Assembly: GCA_951406725.2 (NCBI GenBank)
Contig: OX597814.1
Span: 180,792,001 to 180,856,000 of the forward strand
DNA: 64,000 nucleotides
Reading direction: 5' to 3'
Source: Octopus vulgaris
Taxonomy: Eukaryota
Below, in pieces: positions 51,141 to 64,000 of the stretch. The notes under the pieces are model-generated. The model worked only from the letters and a program-made list of their open reading frames with translations, ran no database searches and was not told where the DNA came from. Each line of letters opens with the position of its first letter. Position 1 is the stretch's first letter. A program made the position numbers and the translations under genes.

Positions 51141-54100
51141 ACGCGCACTAATTCAAGCAGCTATGGACTTATTTTGGATTCCAGATGTTCTGCGAATACT
51201 CATATGTTACTACGATAAATTGAGGATGAGATTTACAGCAGGAAAGTTCACAACGGAGTGGTAACGGCTTAAAGTAGGTATTGCAGCTGGATGCACGATA
51301 TCAGTCATCTTATTTGTGCTAGTCATGGGGATGTTATTAAGATCAACAAACTGTCAGAAATCTGTTACAAAGACACATATTTAAGGGCTTTTGTAGACGA
51401 CGTTATTCTATTATTAGAAAGTAGACAAGCAGCAGATGGAGCGTTAGAGCGGTTGGATGAGCTAATAGGAAGGGCGATAATGAGATTCAAAGCCAAAATT
51501 CAGGATAGGAGGTGAAGATATACCAACACTGAAACAACAACCGGTAAAGAATCTCGGCAGATGATACAGAGAATTACTAAATGATAAGAAGCAAAGCCAA
51601 AAAACACACTATTTAGTGGAACAAAGACTAAATGCAATTGACAGAACAACATTACCGGAGAAATTCAAATGTTGGATACTGAAATTTGGACTGTATCCAA
51701 CGATAATGTGGCCATTGCAAATGTACGAAATAGCTTCGAGTAGAGTAGAAAGAGTGGAACAAGGACGCAGTGTGTTTATAAGAAAATGGCTTGATCTTCC
51801 AAAACCACTGAATACAACTGCACTATATGGAAAACCCGTGCTGCAACTACCGATAACATCAATCACCGAAGAATATAAGGCAGGAAAGGCAAGGACAGCT
51901 AAGGTATTCGAAAGATCAGAACATCCGAGAAAACCCTCCAAAGGTACGAACAGGGACGAAATAGAAAACGGAAGAGGCAGTAAACAGGGTGATCGGAAAA
52001 CCAAGGCATGCCGATATAGTTAGAGTGACGCAAGAACCAAGAGCCGGTCTAAGGTTGCACAATTTCAAGCCATTTTGCATGAACAGTGTAAAAGAGATGA
52101 AAGAGGCAGTGGTACATGAAGTGAGAAAGGAGGAAAAGAAAGGCGAAATGTACATTTGGTGCAATTTAGTCAACAGGGACAGTGCCTGAAATGGGAGGAG
52201 TATGTAGTCAGTCGCAGAATCTCATGGAAGGAACTTCGACTTGGAAACAAGCAAGAACATCCTTCCTGATCAATTCTACCTTCGACGTTTTACCTTCACC
52301 GGCGAATTTAGTCCGGTGGAACATACAAACAACTGATGAATGTAGATGCGGATAGAAATCGACGGTGAGAATGTTCTGTCAAACTGCAGGCTAGCACTAG
52401 ACAGATATGTATGGCGTCAGAATCAAGTCCTCAGCGTCATAAGTGCAGCACTCAAGGAGAAGATCGAGAGATATAATAGGGAAAATACCCAAAAGTGGAA
52501 AAGCACGGAAAAGTATACTTTCAGGAGGGAAAAGGACAAATAAAATATACGAGACAGACAGACGAAAGATAGGATACTGGGAACTGGCAGCGGATTTGGA
52601 AAAACTATTAATATTTACCCTCATAAAAACAAGAAAATCGGACTTAATCCTATGGAACACAAAACGGGGAACTGGAATTTCCCTAGAGCTGACAATGCCA
52701 TGGAAAGAGAACATCGCTAATACAGAGCAACGGAAGGAGAAGAGGTATGAGAAATTAATCGAAGAGTACGGAGAACAGGGATGGACTGATGAGTATCACC
52801 ACCTGGCCATGGGGATGGGGAGTTAGAGACTTCATTGAAAGGAAAATGACGACTTTATTTAAAAGAAGGTTTGCATTTTTGAGCTCGGAGCTGAGAGAAG
52901 TAATAAGGAGAATACAGGAGGCAGTCGAAAAAAAGCCAGCTTCTATATATGGCTGAAGTGAGAAGATCCAAAATGGTTTGAAAGCCTTAACATGCCGACT
53001 GGGAAAGAGCGTTGCTAGGTGAGGGTGGCTGACACATAAGCAGCATCACTGATTGATAGGTGGGCCAATGTAGCGGTCTCGTTCATGGCGCCCCCTCCTC
53101 CTGGTTCGAAGCTGGCTGCTGGAACTGAAACTAACATGACACTGTTGGAAGGCAGGTTTAGAGAGGGCGCGGGCTAAAACTACGCGCCCTTCTCCTCCAT
53201 TGGTCAGTTGAAGCTTAGACAGTGTCATGTGACAGTTAGCTGGTGCTGTCTTCAGGAGCCTACTGGCGAGTATTTAAAGGGAAATTTGGCAGGATGGTCA
53301 GTCGCCCGCTGACATTCGTTGACGCTGCATCGAAGAAACCAAAGAACAGGATAAAAAAGGAGGAAGAAGAAACGCACTCAACACCAGAGATGAAGACACC
53401 TCCGAAAGGGGGATCCCCGCCACATTGAAAACGGTAGAGGAGTAGGGGCCGAAACCGGATGTAGTTCCTCCTGATGATGTCTTTAGCCACTGGATCCTAT
53501 AAAGAAGCTGTTGAGGTAGCGAACCACGAAACGTGGTTGGAATTCCTCGTTGTCCGAAAATTGCAGCTGCTTTGTAGCAGTATAAGTGATTAAGACTTCA
53601 ATTTACGAATCAATATTTCATTTGAATGCTTCTTTTGCAGAAGAAAGTATAATGCATGTTAAATAGTCAGATAGGTTTTTTTTTTTAAAAGCATGAGTTT
53701 CTGCAGATTTGGTAATCTATGTAATCGAACAAGTGTCATATAAAAGTAATGTGTGTCGATTAGACATGTTACTTAACAATCCTAACATCATTTAACTAAA
53801 GATCACGAAAACAGTCGTTCATAAGGAGAAGAAAGTTAATTGAATTCCACGTTGGCTTGATGTGATCACGTTATAGTAGTTTATATGGTGTCCTTCTCAG
53901 ATCTGTGTAAAAGGTTTTTATCCATAAATATAGTTATGGAAATTTATCTTCTTTTAGTTTTTCTACTTTGCCATATTCTATATCATTAAAGATATGTGAC
54001 TGGCAATCACCACAACCGACTTTTAACAAGAAACTATCTAATAGCGATGACCTGAGAACTCCTACCGTTTAATCAATGAGCAAAAGAGATGCATCTACTG

Positions 54101-55976
54101 ATAGTTTTAGGTTAATTATAATAACATTATAATTATATCAGCGGTCATTTAGGGCAATCCAGAATACTGTTTCAATTACCAGTTAAAGTTTATACATTTT
54201 AGCTGGATTGTCAATACCCTTGAAAACGACATAAAAGACTCCATAAAAAATTACATTTGCCCAAAGTACCCCACAGTAAGATCGAACATAACTTCGTGGT
54301 TCACGGAACAAATTTCTTAAGTATTCAGCTATACTGCACCTATTGAAGCCTTATAAACCAATACTTATCAGGGAAGAAATTAAAGAAATATAAACGAATA
54401 GACATTTTTTAGTTTCATATTCTTAGAACTATGTCACCTAATCCATAGACTACCCATTTTAATCCAGAAAATAGAAATATTTTACGACTGCATTATGTAC
54501 GGGGATACTGTGCTATACTGCAACAGCTACAGAACTACGGTAAATAGAAAAAAAGTGTTAATATCTAACTTTAGCACAAAATTTCATACAAAATATTAGA
54601 GACTTCATCAATTAATTTGACCATACGTGATGACTGAGAATTATTTTATACATCTTACAGAGAAGTAAGGCAAATTTACTTAAGAATATTATTTCTCTTG
54701 CTCGCATTTTTCCATGTAATACAGTGTTTAATACGTCCTGTCACCGTATCTGTTACCCAACTGCCCTTAATAAAGAAAAAAAAAGGAAAAAATTCGATTA
54801 TGTTTTATTTATGTATTTTTACAGATTGATGTTTGGTGGGGGGAAAAGCACTTGAAGTTACCACTTTACATATTTTCGTGTTATATGTTCAAAACCAACC
54901 AAGGTCAACTCTGTCTTTGACCTTTCCGGGTTCAAAAATAAGTACAAATCAAGTACTGCTACATTTTAAATCGAATAAACAAGCCTCCCACCAAAATTCC
55001 TGGCCTTTTGACAGTATAAAAATTCATAATTTCACATTTAACTCCCAATTTTTTTTTTTTTTTTTTTTTTACATTTAAAACAGATTGACTTTGCAGTGGA
55101 AGATCTTGCTTTCATGAAAATTACTTACGAGTTAAAATCCTTTTAAACTAATCATTATTAATTTCGTGTTTCGTTTCTAAATTTTTCCAAATTCATTTTC
55201 TGAAAATCTATCACATATTTATAGGTGATAATTTAAAAAATTCTAAACACGTATAAACTGAACAGTAGTCCTTAACATCAGTTAACCATTCAGCACTCTA
55301 TTGCAGCAGCATATTTATACCAATGTTTACTTCATTCAAAGTCTATGCGATGCTGTGATCAGTTTGCCGTTAATTGAAAAACTTCGTTAGCTAAAGTAAG
55401 GACGGGAAATTCTTAACCTAGTTTCTAAGTTGGCGGTTATGAAATAGTGATTTATGAGCTATATACTTCTATTTAGGACGCTTCAATTTACTTTAAAGCA
55501 TACAAACAAATGGTCGAGGTTAGTATGCGACAATGGTAGTATTCCTTCATTGACCCATTTTATTTCAACTGTCACCATTGTTCCCGCACATTTCATGTTA
55601 TAATCAATGTCCTCAAAAGGGATGGGCTATAACACATTGAAGCTCTTAACAGTGGTGGTATTAGTGGTGGTGTTAGTGGTGGCGGTGGTAAACATCTATG
55701 GCTTATTTAATGAAAACAATAAAGAGATAAAACCAAAAGTTAGATAATTATTATGTTTTACTTGTCAATGAATTAATATTATATTCACCTTACACAAAGT
55801 AAGATAACTATATTCGTTTGTTTTATTTTTGAAATTAGAGATTCATAGCAATAAATGGTGATTAAACTCTATTTTGTGTAAACAGATGGATGTAGTGTCT
55901 GTAAATTAAGTGAAAAGACTACATCTGAGAAGTTAAACTAGTTCGCGATCCCAGAGCGCTGAAAGTTTACATTCTA

Positions 55977-56036
<60 letters not shown>

Positions 56037-56085
56037 ATTTGTTTTTTGAGCGGTGGGGAGATTTTAACTTATAATTTTCAACAAG

Positions 56086-56519
56086 TAGGCGCAAGTGTGG
56101 TTATGTGGTAAGAAGCTTGCTTCCCAACCACGTGGTTCCTGGTTCAATCCCACTGCGCAGCACTTTGGGCTAGTGTCTTCCACTATAGCTTCGGGCCGAC
56201 CAAAGCCTTGTTAGTGGATTTGATAGATAGAAACTGAAAGAAACCCGTAGTATATGTACATGTGTGTGAGTGTGTGAGAGAGAGAGAGAAAGTTTCTCAG
56301 TGCCTCTGTCTCCCAACTACTGCTTGACAACCAGTGTGGGTGTGTTTATGCCTCCGTAGCTTAGCAGTTTGGCAAAATAGACCGATAAAATAATTACCAT
56401 GCTTAGAGAAAGAAAATAGGTACTGGGGTCGATTCAATCGACTAAAATCCTATAAGGCGGTGCCCCAACATGGCCGCAGTCTAATGAATGAAACAAGTAA
56501 AAAAATAAAAGATAAAAAT
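56086..56519 (+). mobile_element. SINE family A, older subfamily
   Basis: Full head and tail recognisable. Confidence 0.88.
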
Positions 56520-56817
56520 AGGAAAACTATATGACATCTTCAGGCTGACCAGTGGTTGGTGTGTAAAAATGGGTGCTGTGCAGAAGCCTGCAAGATGGAT
56601 TATACAACTAATTCAAAGGTACACCATTTCATACACAGTCTGCCAGGGTATATGTTATTGGTGTAATATACTCGCTCACTTACACGCGAATTCGAGGTGC
56701 GGATTAAATTGCAGAAACTACATATCACTCATTGTCCAAACTGATGGATATCCATTTACTCATGAACGATAAACGGTGGGTAGAAAACGTGATGCGTGTT
56801 TCCATAAATTTCCCGAA

Positions 56818-57347
<530 letters not shown>

Positions 57348-58410
57348 GGTTATTAAACCAGTGCTTAGAATAAAAACTTCTGTGTACTTGAAAGTGAAAG
57401 TTCTTTTTTTTTGTTTTTGTTTTTTTCTACATTTCTACGTTTTAATCTTCGGCAAAAATAACATTTTCAAATATGTCAGACATATTTGAGAAGGATAATA
57501 ATCTTAATATGCTTCTTCAATAGAACAAACATTTTTACTTTGAAAGTTAAAACTTACTCATGGAGACAAGCCGTATGAAATGTTAAATGTAGTGTTTCCC
57601 TATACTGATGATTTTTGTTAGAGAAAATATTTTAACTTTTTAATTTATTTAAACAGATTATAATCAAACATTTGGTATGTACGAAAAAAAAAAAAAAGAA
57701 ACTGTTCTGCAAATATTTTCTACAAGATAGAAAAATAAATTTACAAATTTGATTGAGTCCCAAACAAATAAAAGGGATTTTTTTTTTTTTTTTTTGAAGG
57801 ATCACTCGACAAACATTTACAGAGTTGTGCGATCCAAATACTAAGCGTTTATTAATTGAATATAAAATCAAATTTTCCAATACTGCCTGAATTAGCAATA
57901 GTAGCCGACGCAAGAATATTCAACATCTTGGCCAGTGCTACATTGCGCAATCTCTTCCCCAGTTATGACAGGTGAAATTAATCTGGAGCAATAGCTTATA
58001 ATATATAGTGTATAAAAATACAGTTGGTAATAATTTTCCTAGTAGAGGTAGAACATCGCTCAAAAACACCAACAATTCTCCATTGATAATTATGTATATT
58101 GTAGCAAAGATTTAATATTTTTTTTCTTTATGTTCTTTTAAAATCTGTTTTTTTAGTTAGATTAAGAAATTTTGTCTACGTCGTTCAAATTTTTTTTGGT
58201 GCCGACAGATTTTAGCGTCCTTGGGTAATCAGTCGGTTTTCCTCGTGGATAACATCGGCCGTGGTTCTTCCATTTTTTTCCACGTATGAATCTAAATTTT
58301 CAGCATCGATGGCAATAAAGACAAAATATTGCTCAACTATTAAGAACATAAAAATTCCCATAAGAACATCGTTACGTCGAAACGGACAAGAACATTCACA
58401 CTACTAAATA

Positions 58411-58445
<35 letters not shown>

Positions 58446-60178
58446 TATATATATATACAGAGAAAGAGAGAGAGAGAGAGACAAACAGACAGATAGACAG
58501 ACAGACTATTTAAGGAATTTTTGTCAACTGACGTAATGTAATAGGCGTGTTCCATGAGTTCTCAGCTTGGTTTACCACTAAAACTCCGGTTTGAACTGCA
58601 ACTGAAAATTGTGGTGCTGAGACTGCCTATCGAAGGCGGCTAGAAATTGTTTTTCCTTGAGCGGGTGGATATACATAAAAATTTTGCAATTTATGAGTTT
58701 TAGTTATTAGTAATTTTATGCTTAATATAACATATTACATTCTTTTATTACCTATTGAATTTTATCAATAGTGAAAGAGAAGCACGAGAAAAATCATCTG
58801 GACAGTAGTGAATGCATGAGGATAAAAAATGCTTAAAAACACAATGTAATGTTCTAAGGTACTGTTATTGGTAATTATTTTATCGTCGATGAAAAGATGA
58901 ATGCGAAAGTGAACCTTGGTTGCTTTGAATTCAAAATGAAAAGCTGTTTAGGCATATAACGCAATGTATTTTTCCCATACACTCTTGATTCTACGGCCAA
59001 TCCTAACACACATACATACATAAATGATAGGAAGGGAAAGAGAGTGGTAGGGTCGATAGTGTATGAAATCAAATTTCAGTAATTTGACTGGCTCTTAAGT
59101 TCTTTTATCAAGAAATATTAATTTAAAATAGTGAAATATAGTGAATAACATGTCATTTCTGATTTCAACCAATTTATTCACGTCATATTTAGCAATAACT
59201 TAAGGGTACTATCAAATAATATGCATTTTAATATAAATATCGTCAATATATTAGCCTTTATAAATTCTCAATTTATTACAGAAATTGCCAATTTCCAATA
59301 TTTATTTTAATTTATTAATTAAACTTTATTGTATTTTCGTGCGTTCTGTTTAGTTTTGGTGTTAGCTTTGTTTAGTTTCCTTTAGTTGTGGGTATGTATA
59401 TGTGTGTGCGTGTTCATGTGTGTAAGAGAGAGTGTGTAGTAGGAGAGATTGATGCTAGAGAAATTAACATCCATCGATGTCTTTGATCTTTATGACACAC
59501 GATCATTAGCAAGCCATTAACAATCAAGAAAAAAAAGAAAACTATATTAAACACAATATCAATAGATTCGATAACTAAAATCAGTTCCAGTCAAGTTGCA
59601 AAGGAATTAAATTATATTACCACTATTAACCATAGTCTTTCTTTACTGATAGATCCTTCAAGAGAAATTAAGGATAAAGATGAAAAGGCGTAAAGAAAGT
59701 TCTCTGAAATGTAAAGGAAATTTGAAAACTGTTTGATATATCATGCTTCTTGTGACTTTTCGTGTATGTGCGTGTGAGTGTGTCTGTGTCTGTGTCTGTG
59801 TGTGATTTAGACATGTGTTCAAAGCATAGTCGCAATACAACAAAGTGTTCAATAAACAGTGCACAATAGTTATTGTATAAGTATTTAAAGCTGCAACTCT
59901 GGTCTCGTGATAAATGTGGGACAGGGTTAAACAACTTAGAACAATCACATGAGACAAATGCATATGAAAATATTATTTAAACGTCGGCACGATCTTGTTT
60001 CTGCAAACCGAGTTCGTGAATTGCCTGCTGAGCCAGCTTCTTCGAATAAAACAGTCGTAATTGCGTGAAACCGCTTTGCATACACTACGCTACTGTTGAT
60101 TAGCCACCATTTCATACGAATCATAAGATTGGAAGAAAGAACAACAAAATTCGTTTTGGACTTACTAATCTCTTTAGT

Positions 60179-60434
60179 GTGGAGGCGCGTGGCTTAGTGG
60201 TTAGGGTGCCAGCATCATGATCGTAAGATTGTGGTTTCGATTCCTGGATCGGGCGACGCGTTGTGTTCTTGAGCAAAACACTTCATTTCACGTTGCTCCA
60301 GTCCACTCAGCTGGCAAAAATGAGTAACGCTGCGATGGACTGGCGTCCCGTCCAGCTGGGGAACACATACGCCATCGAAACCGGGAAACCGGGCCCATGG
60401 GCCTGGTTAGGCTTTAAAAAGGGTGCATTTATTT
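60179..60434 (+). mobile_element. tRNA-derived SINE family C, full length
   Basis: A box TGGCTTAGTGG, B box GTTTCGATTCC, CTGCGATGGACTGGCGTCCCGTCCAG block. Imperfect TSD TAATCTC(T/A)TTA(G/C)T at 60166-60178 and 60435-60447. Confidence 0.92.
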
Positions 60435-60549
60435 TAATCTCATTACTAAGGCGAAGACACACCCAGAGATACTAATACTCCATAAGTATATATGTGAGTG
60501 TGTGTATCTGAATGTGTGAGTATATATGTGAAAGTGTTTATATATATGT

Positions 60550-60598
<49 letters not shown>

Positions 60599-60603
<5 letters not shown>

Positions 60604-60836
60604 CATGACAATTTAGCAATGGTTAAATAAAATTATGTCACGTATGAACTAGTTCTCCTGCCAATTTGATTCTGAGCATCCTGGAATCAACAACATGCAG
60701 TCATCCGCAATTTTTCATCAAATGCTGCCTTCTCAACTTTCCATACCAAACAATACATTTCTATATTTCTGCATATCACATACAGCCTTTACAATTTCTG
60801 ATGTCCAACGCTTCGAACCAGCTTGCTCCTAACCAT

Positions 60837-60880
<44 letters not shown>

Positions 60881-61045
60881 GGAGTGGTTGTGTGGTAAGT
60901 AGCTTGCTAACCAACCACATGGTTCCGGGTTCAGTCCCACTGCGTGGCATCTTGGGCAAGTGTCTTCTGCTATAGCCCCGGGCCGACCAATGCCTTGTGA
61001 GTGGATTTGGTAGACGGAAACTGAAATAAGCCTGTCGTATATATG

Positions 61046-61098
<53 letters not shown>

Positions 61099-61401
61099 GG
61101 GGGGTTGTGTGTCTGTGTTTGTCCCCGATGCTGGTATTTCGTCTGTGTTTATGTCCCCGTTACTTAGCGGTTCGGCAAAAAGAGACCGATAGAATAAGTA
61201 CTGGGCTTACAAAAAGAATAAGTCCCGGGGTCGAATTGCTCGATTAAAGGCGGTGCTCCAGCATGGCCGCAGTCAAATGACTGAAACAAGTAAAAGAGTA
61301 TATATAAATTTCCTCTATTTACATAAAAGAGTATAGATAAATTTCCTCTATTTACATAATATTGAGGTCTCTTTCTTTCTTTTGTTATCTTACCGTTTTA
61401 T

Positions 61402-61450
<49 letters not shown>

Positions 61451-61482
61451 ATTTCCTTCACCGCTGATATTTCATATTTTGA

Positions 61483-61529
<47 letters not shown>

Positions 61530-61574
61530 GTATATGTACGTAATAGTTAGCTGCATATATGCGTGTGTGTGCGT

Positions 61575-61606
<32 letters not shown>

Positions 61607-61868
61607 TTATGTATATGTATATAAATGTATATATATATATATATGTAATGTTTAGGTGCAAGCTGGTTCGAAGCGTTGGATGTCAGAAATTGTAAAGGCT
61701 GTATGTGATATGCAGAAATGTATTGCTTGGTTGAGAAGGCTGCATTTCATGAAAAATTGCGGAAAACTGCATGCTGTTGATTTCAGGATGCTCAGAAATA
61801 AATTGGCAGCAGAAATTGTTCGTACATGACATAATTTTATCTAACCGTTACTAAGTTGTCACGATGTG
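60599..61868. mobile_element. Foldback/MITE with ~240 bp TIRs around a microsatellite core
   Basis: 60599-60842 is the reverse complement of 61642-61868. Termini CACATCATGACAA and TTGTCACGATGTG. Confidence 0.88.
60879..61301 (+). mobile_element. SINE family A nested in the foldback
   Basis: Near-identical to 3528-3925. Confidence 0.92.
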
Positions 61869-62251
61869 TATGTTATTATTAATATATATCTATGTACTGA
61901 TGGATGTGTGTGTATATATATATATAAATGAGTCTGTCTGTGTGTGTCTGTATGTGTGCCTTTATATATCTATCCCTCTATCTCTCTCTCACGCCCTCTC
62001 TCTCATTCTTTCTCTTATTCTCTCTCACTCTCTCTCTCTCTCTCTCTCTCTGTATATATATGTATGTATATATAATGTCTGTTTATTATTCACTTAGAGA
62101 GTATTACATTGTGTTTATGAGTAATTTCTTTTTTAAAGTATAGGCAAGAAAACTAGATCGACCTAATTAGATTTTATAGTGTTCCTAAACATCCACAAGT
62201 GAAAAATTGCGCATCTTTTGCCCACAGAGATAAAGTGTGTAAGTCTATATG

Positions 62252-62336
<85 letters not shown>

Positions 62337-62832
62337 GTATTTTTGTGTCTGTATATCATTCAACTACAGTAGTGGTTGAATATACTCTTAAGTCTACAAT
62401 TTCGTCAATCGCAGCAGCTTCTAAACTTAACCACTAATTCAGTTCTCAACTAAATTGCAAACTGTTAATAGTTATAAAGGGGACACCTCCTCAGCTACAC
62501 TTTGGCATAAATAGTTTGAGATTTGGTTCAGTAGAAAAAAAGTTACATCAAAATATCTACGACCTCTGGGGGTGGGGCAGTAAGGCAGATATTCATCTTC
62601 AATTAACATAAATTTTTTAACTTTAAATTAAAAGTATACCTATCTTAGGCTTAAATGCTAGAAAAAATGCATGAGGAATTCAGAATCGCTAGTCGCATTG
62701 AATAAAAATTAGTAGAAAAAGAGTTATGAGGTAAAATGTTACGAAATTTCATGTCAGTAAGTAAGAAAGTAAGGGAGTAACGCTTAGCAAAGAGAATAAA
62801 GAATATATTTCTAAAATGAATGCTTATTTTCT

Positions 62833-63514
62833 AAGCTGGCAGAAACGTTAGTTTCCCCGGCCGAAATACTTAACGGTATTTCTTCTGTTTTTATGTTTTT
62901 TGAGTTCAAATTTCGCCAAGGTCGACTTTGACGTACAGATTATTTAATTAATTTTTTTTAACCAAACACTTCCAAACTTCCGATACTGGTAGAATATGTC
63001 ACAAGAACAGGGTTTATTCTTAACGTTTTTGACAAAATGTTGTATTTTAGAAGCGGTATTTCGTCTGTCTTTATGTTTTGAGTTCAAATTCCGCCGAGGC
63101 CGACATTGCCTTTCATCCATTTCGGATCTATTCAATTAGATATACAGATTATTTAATTAATTTCTTTTTAACTAATCATTTTTAGAATATTGACGCGTCG
63201 ATTGTTTAAATTGAAGAGAAGAAACTTTCTCCTCATACATGATAGGAAATTCAAGCTCGAGAGAATTCCAGCACCAAACAAAGTAGGAACCAGAGACCAT
63301 CGAAAATAACATCCAGGAACCTTGACATCTATATCCCCATATTTACAGCAGGTCCACTTAACTTACCCTATATTCGGATCTTTTCAATCTCAATCACAGA
63401 TTTTTTAATTAATTTTTTTAACTAAACAGTTTGAAACTTCAGATACTGGTTGACTGTGTCACGTAGAACACGGTTTACTCATAACGTTTTTGACAAAATT
63501 TTGTATTTTAGAAG
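62833..63514 (+). repeat. Local direct duplications interleaved with SINE B fragments
   Basis: 62934-63052 is repeated at 63396-63514 and partly at 63144-63178. SINE B pieces at 62833-62932 and 63052-63127. Confidence 0.85.
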
Positions 63515-63837
63515 TTATTTCGTGTTAAAGTTGTCGTATTTGGGTAATTTTAACCAATCAATGACGTGTATTCACCTGAAGAAAGTTACTGCTGTTTGCG
63601 AAAGTAATGGAAAAGCAACAACTTCCGGGTCATCAGGTCATAAGAGAGAGAGAGTTGGGAGAAGAGTATATAAGATAAGAAAGATGGGTGAGAAAAACAG
63701 AAAGTTCTTTTATTGGAAATACATACGTGTGTGCGTGTGTATTTTTTTCCATCTTATCCAATGTGTCCTCTCGTTTATATAATGTTAGCGTGTGACACCG
63801 AGAGACATTTTGGCTGTTATTTCCAGCAAATCGGAGG

Positions 63838-63890
<53 letters not shown>

Positions 63891-64000
63891 GAGAGAGTGC
63901 TGGTATGTTGACGATCTGAACGACAGCTTATATAAACTTACCAATCCCCTACCACTGCAATTTATTAAACCCTCTCCTTTTCCTTACTTCCATTCGGGGT

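Larger units (their letters stand above)
49445..53585 (+). mobile_element. Decayed HERO-like (R2 group, RLE) non-LTR retrotransposon; ends approximate
   Basis: N-terminal zinc finger CCGKAFSSYIGLRIHQG; RT motifs GIAAGCTISVILFVL and RAFVDD; KCWILKFGLYPTIMWPLQMYE..IRKWL; RYVWRQNQVL (RHN-type); RLE RKSDLILW..LELTMPW..RKEKRYE. Confidence 0.9.

Noticed and set aside
53134-53230. SECIS element
   Set aside because: The ATGA is fully Watson-Crick paired, with no GA quartet or correct spacing to an AA loop.

Overview
AT-rich eukaryotic DNA, dense in microsatellites and repeats. The SINE families, the (TA)n/(TG)n/(TATG)n/(GATA)n load and the element mix suggest a coleoid cephalopod, probably Octopus; this is an inference from pattern, not a search. 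I find no convincing host protein-coding exon, and nearly all listed ORFs are microsatellite or repeat translations. The window is a transposon graveyard: three tRNA-derived SINE families in many copies, a decayed DD34D mariner, a complete DD37D (maT) element, a 3 kb hATm-like element with a SINE insertion, RTE fragments, and a HERO-like RLE retrotransposon interrupted by a Helitron 3' end. The most interesting signal is about ten hammerhead-ribozyme-like motifs in several unrelated short Penelope-like elements sitting in (TA)n tracts. These include intact cores, U3:A8 covariants and palindromic dimer-type helix III. Other notable signals are a structured HERO 3' tail, a 1.2 kb inverted duplication, several foldbacks and a recurring SINE tail-GGTAT junction. 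All folds, identities and coordinates were read by eye.
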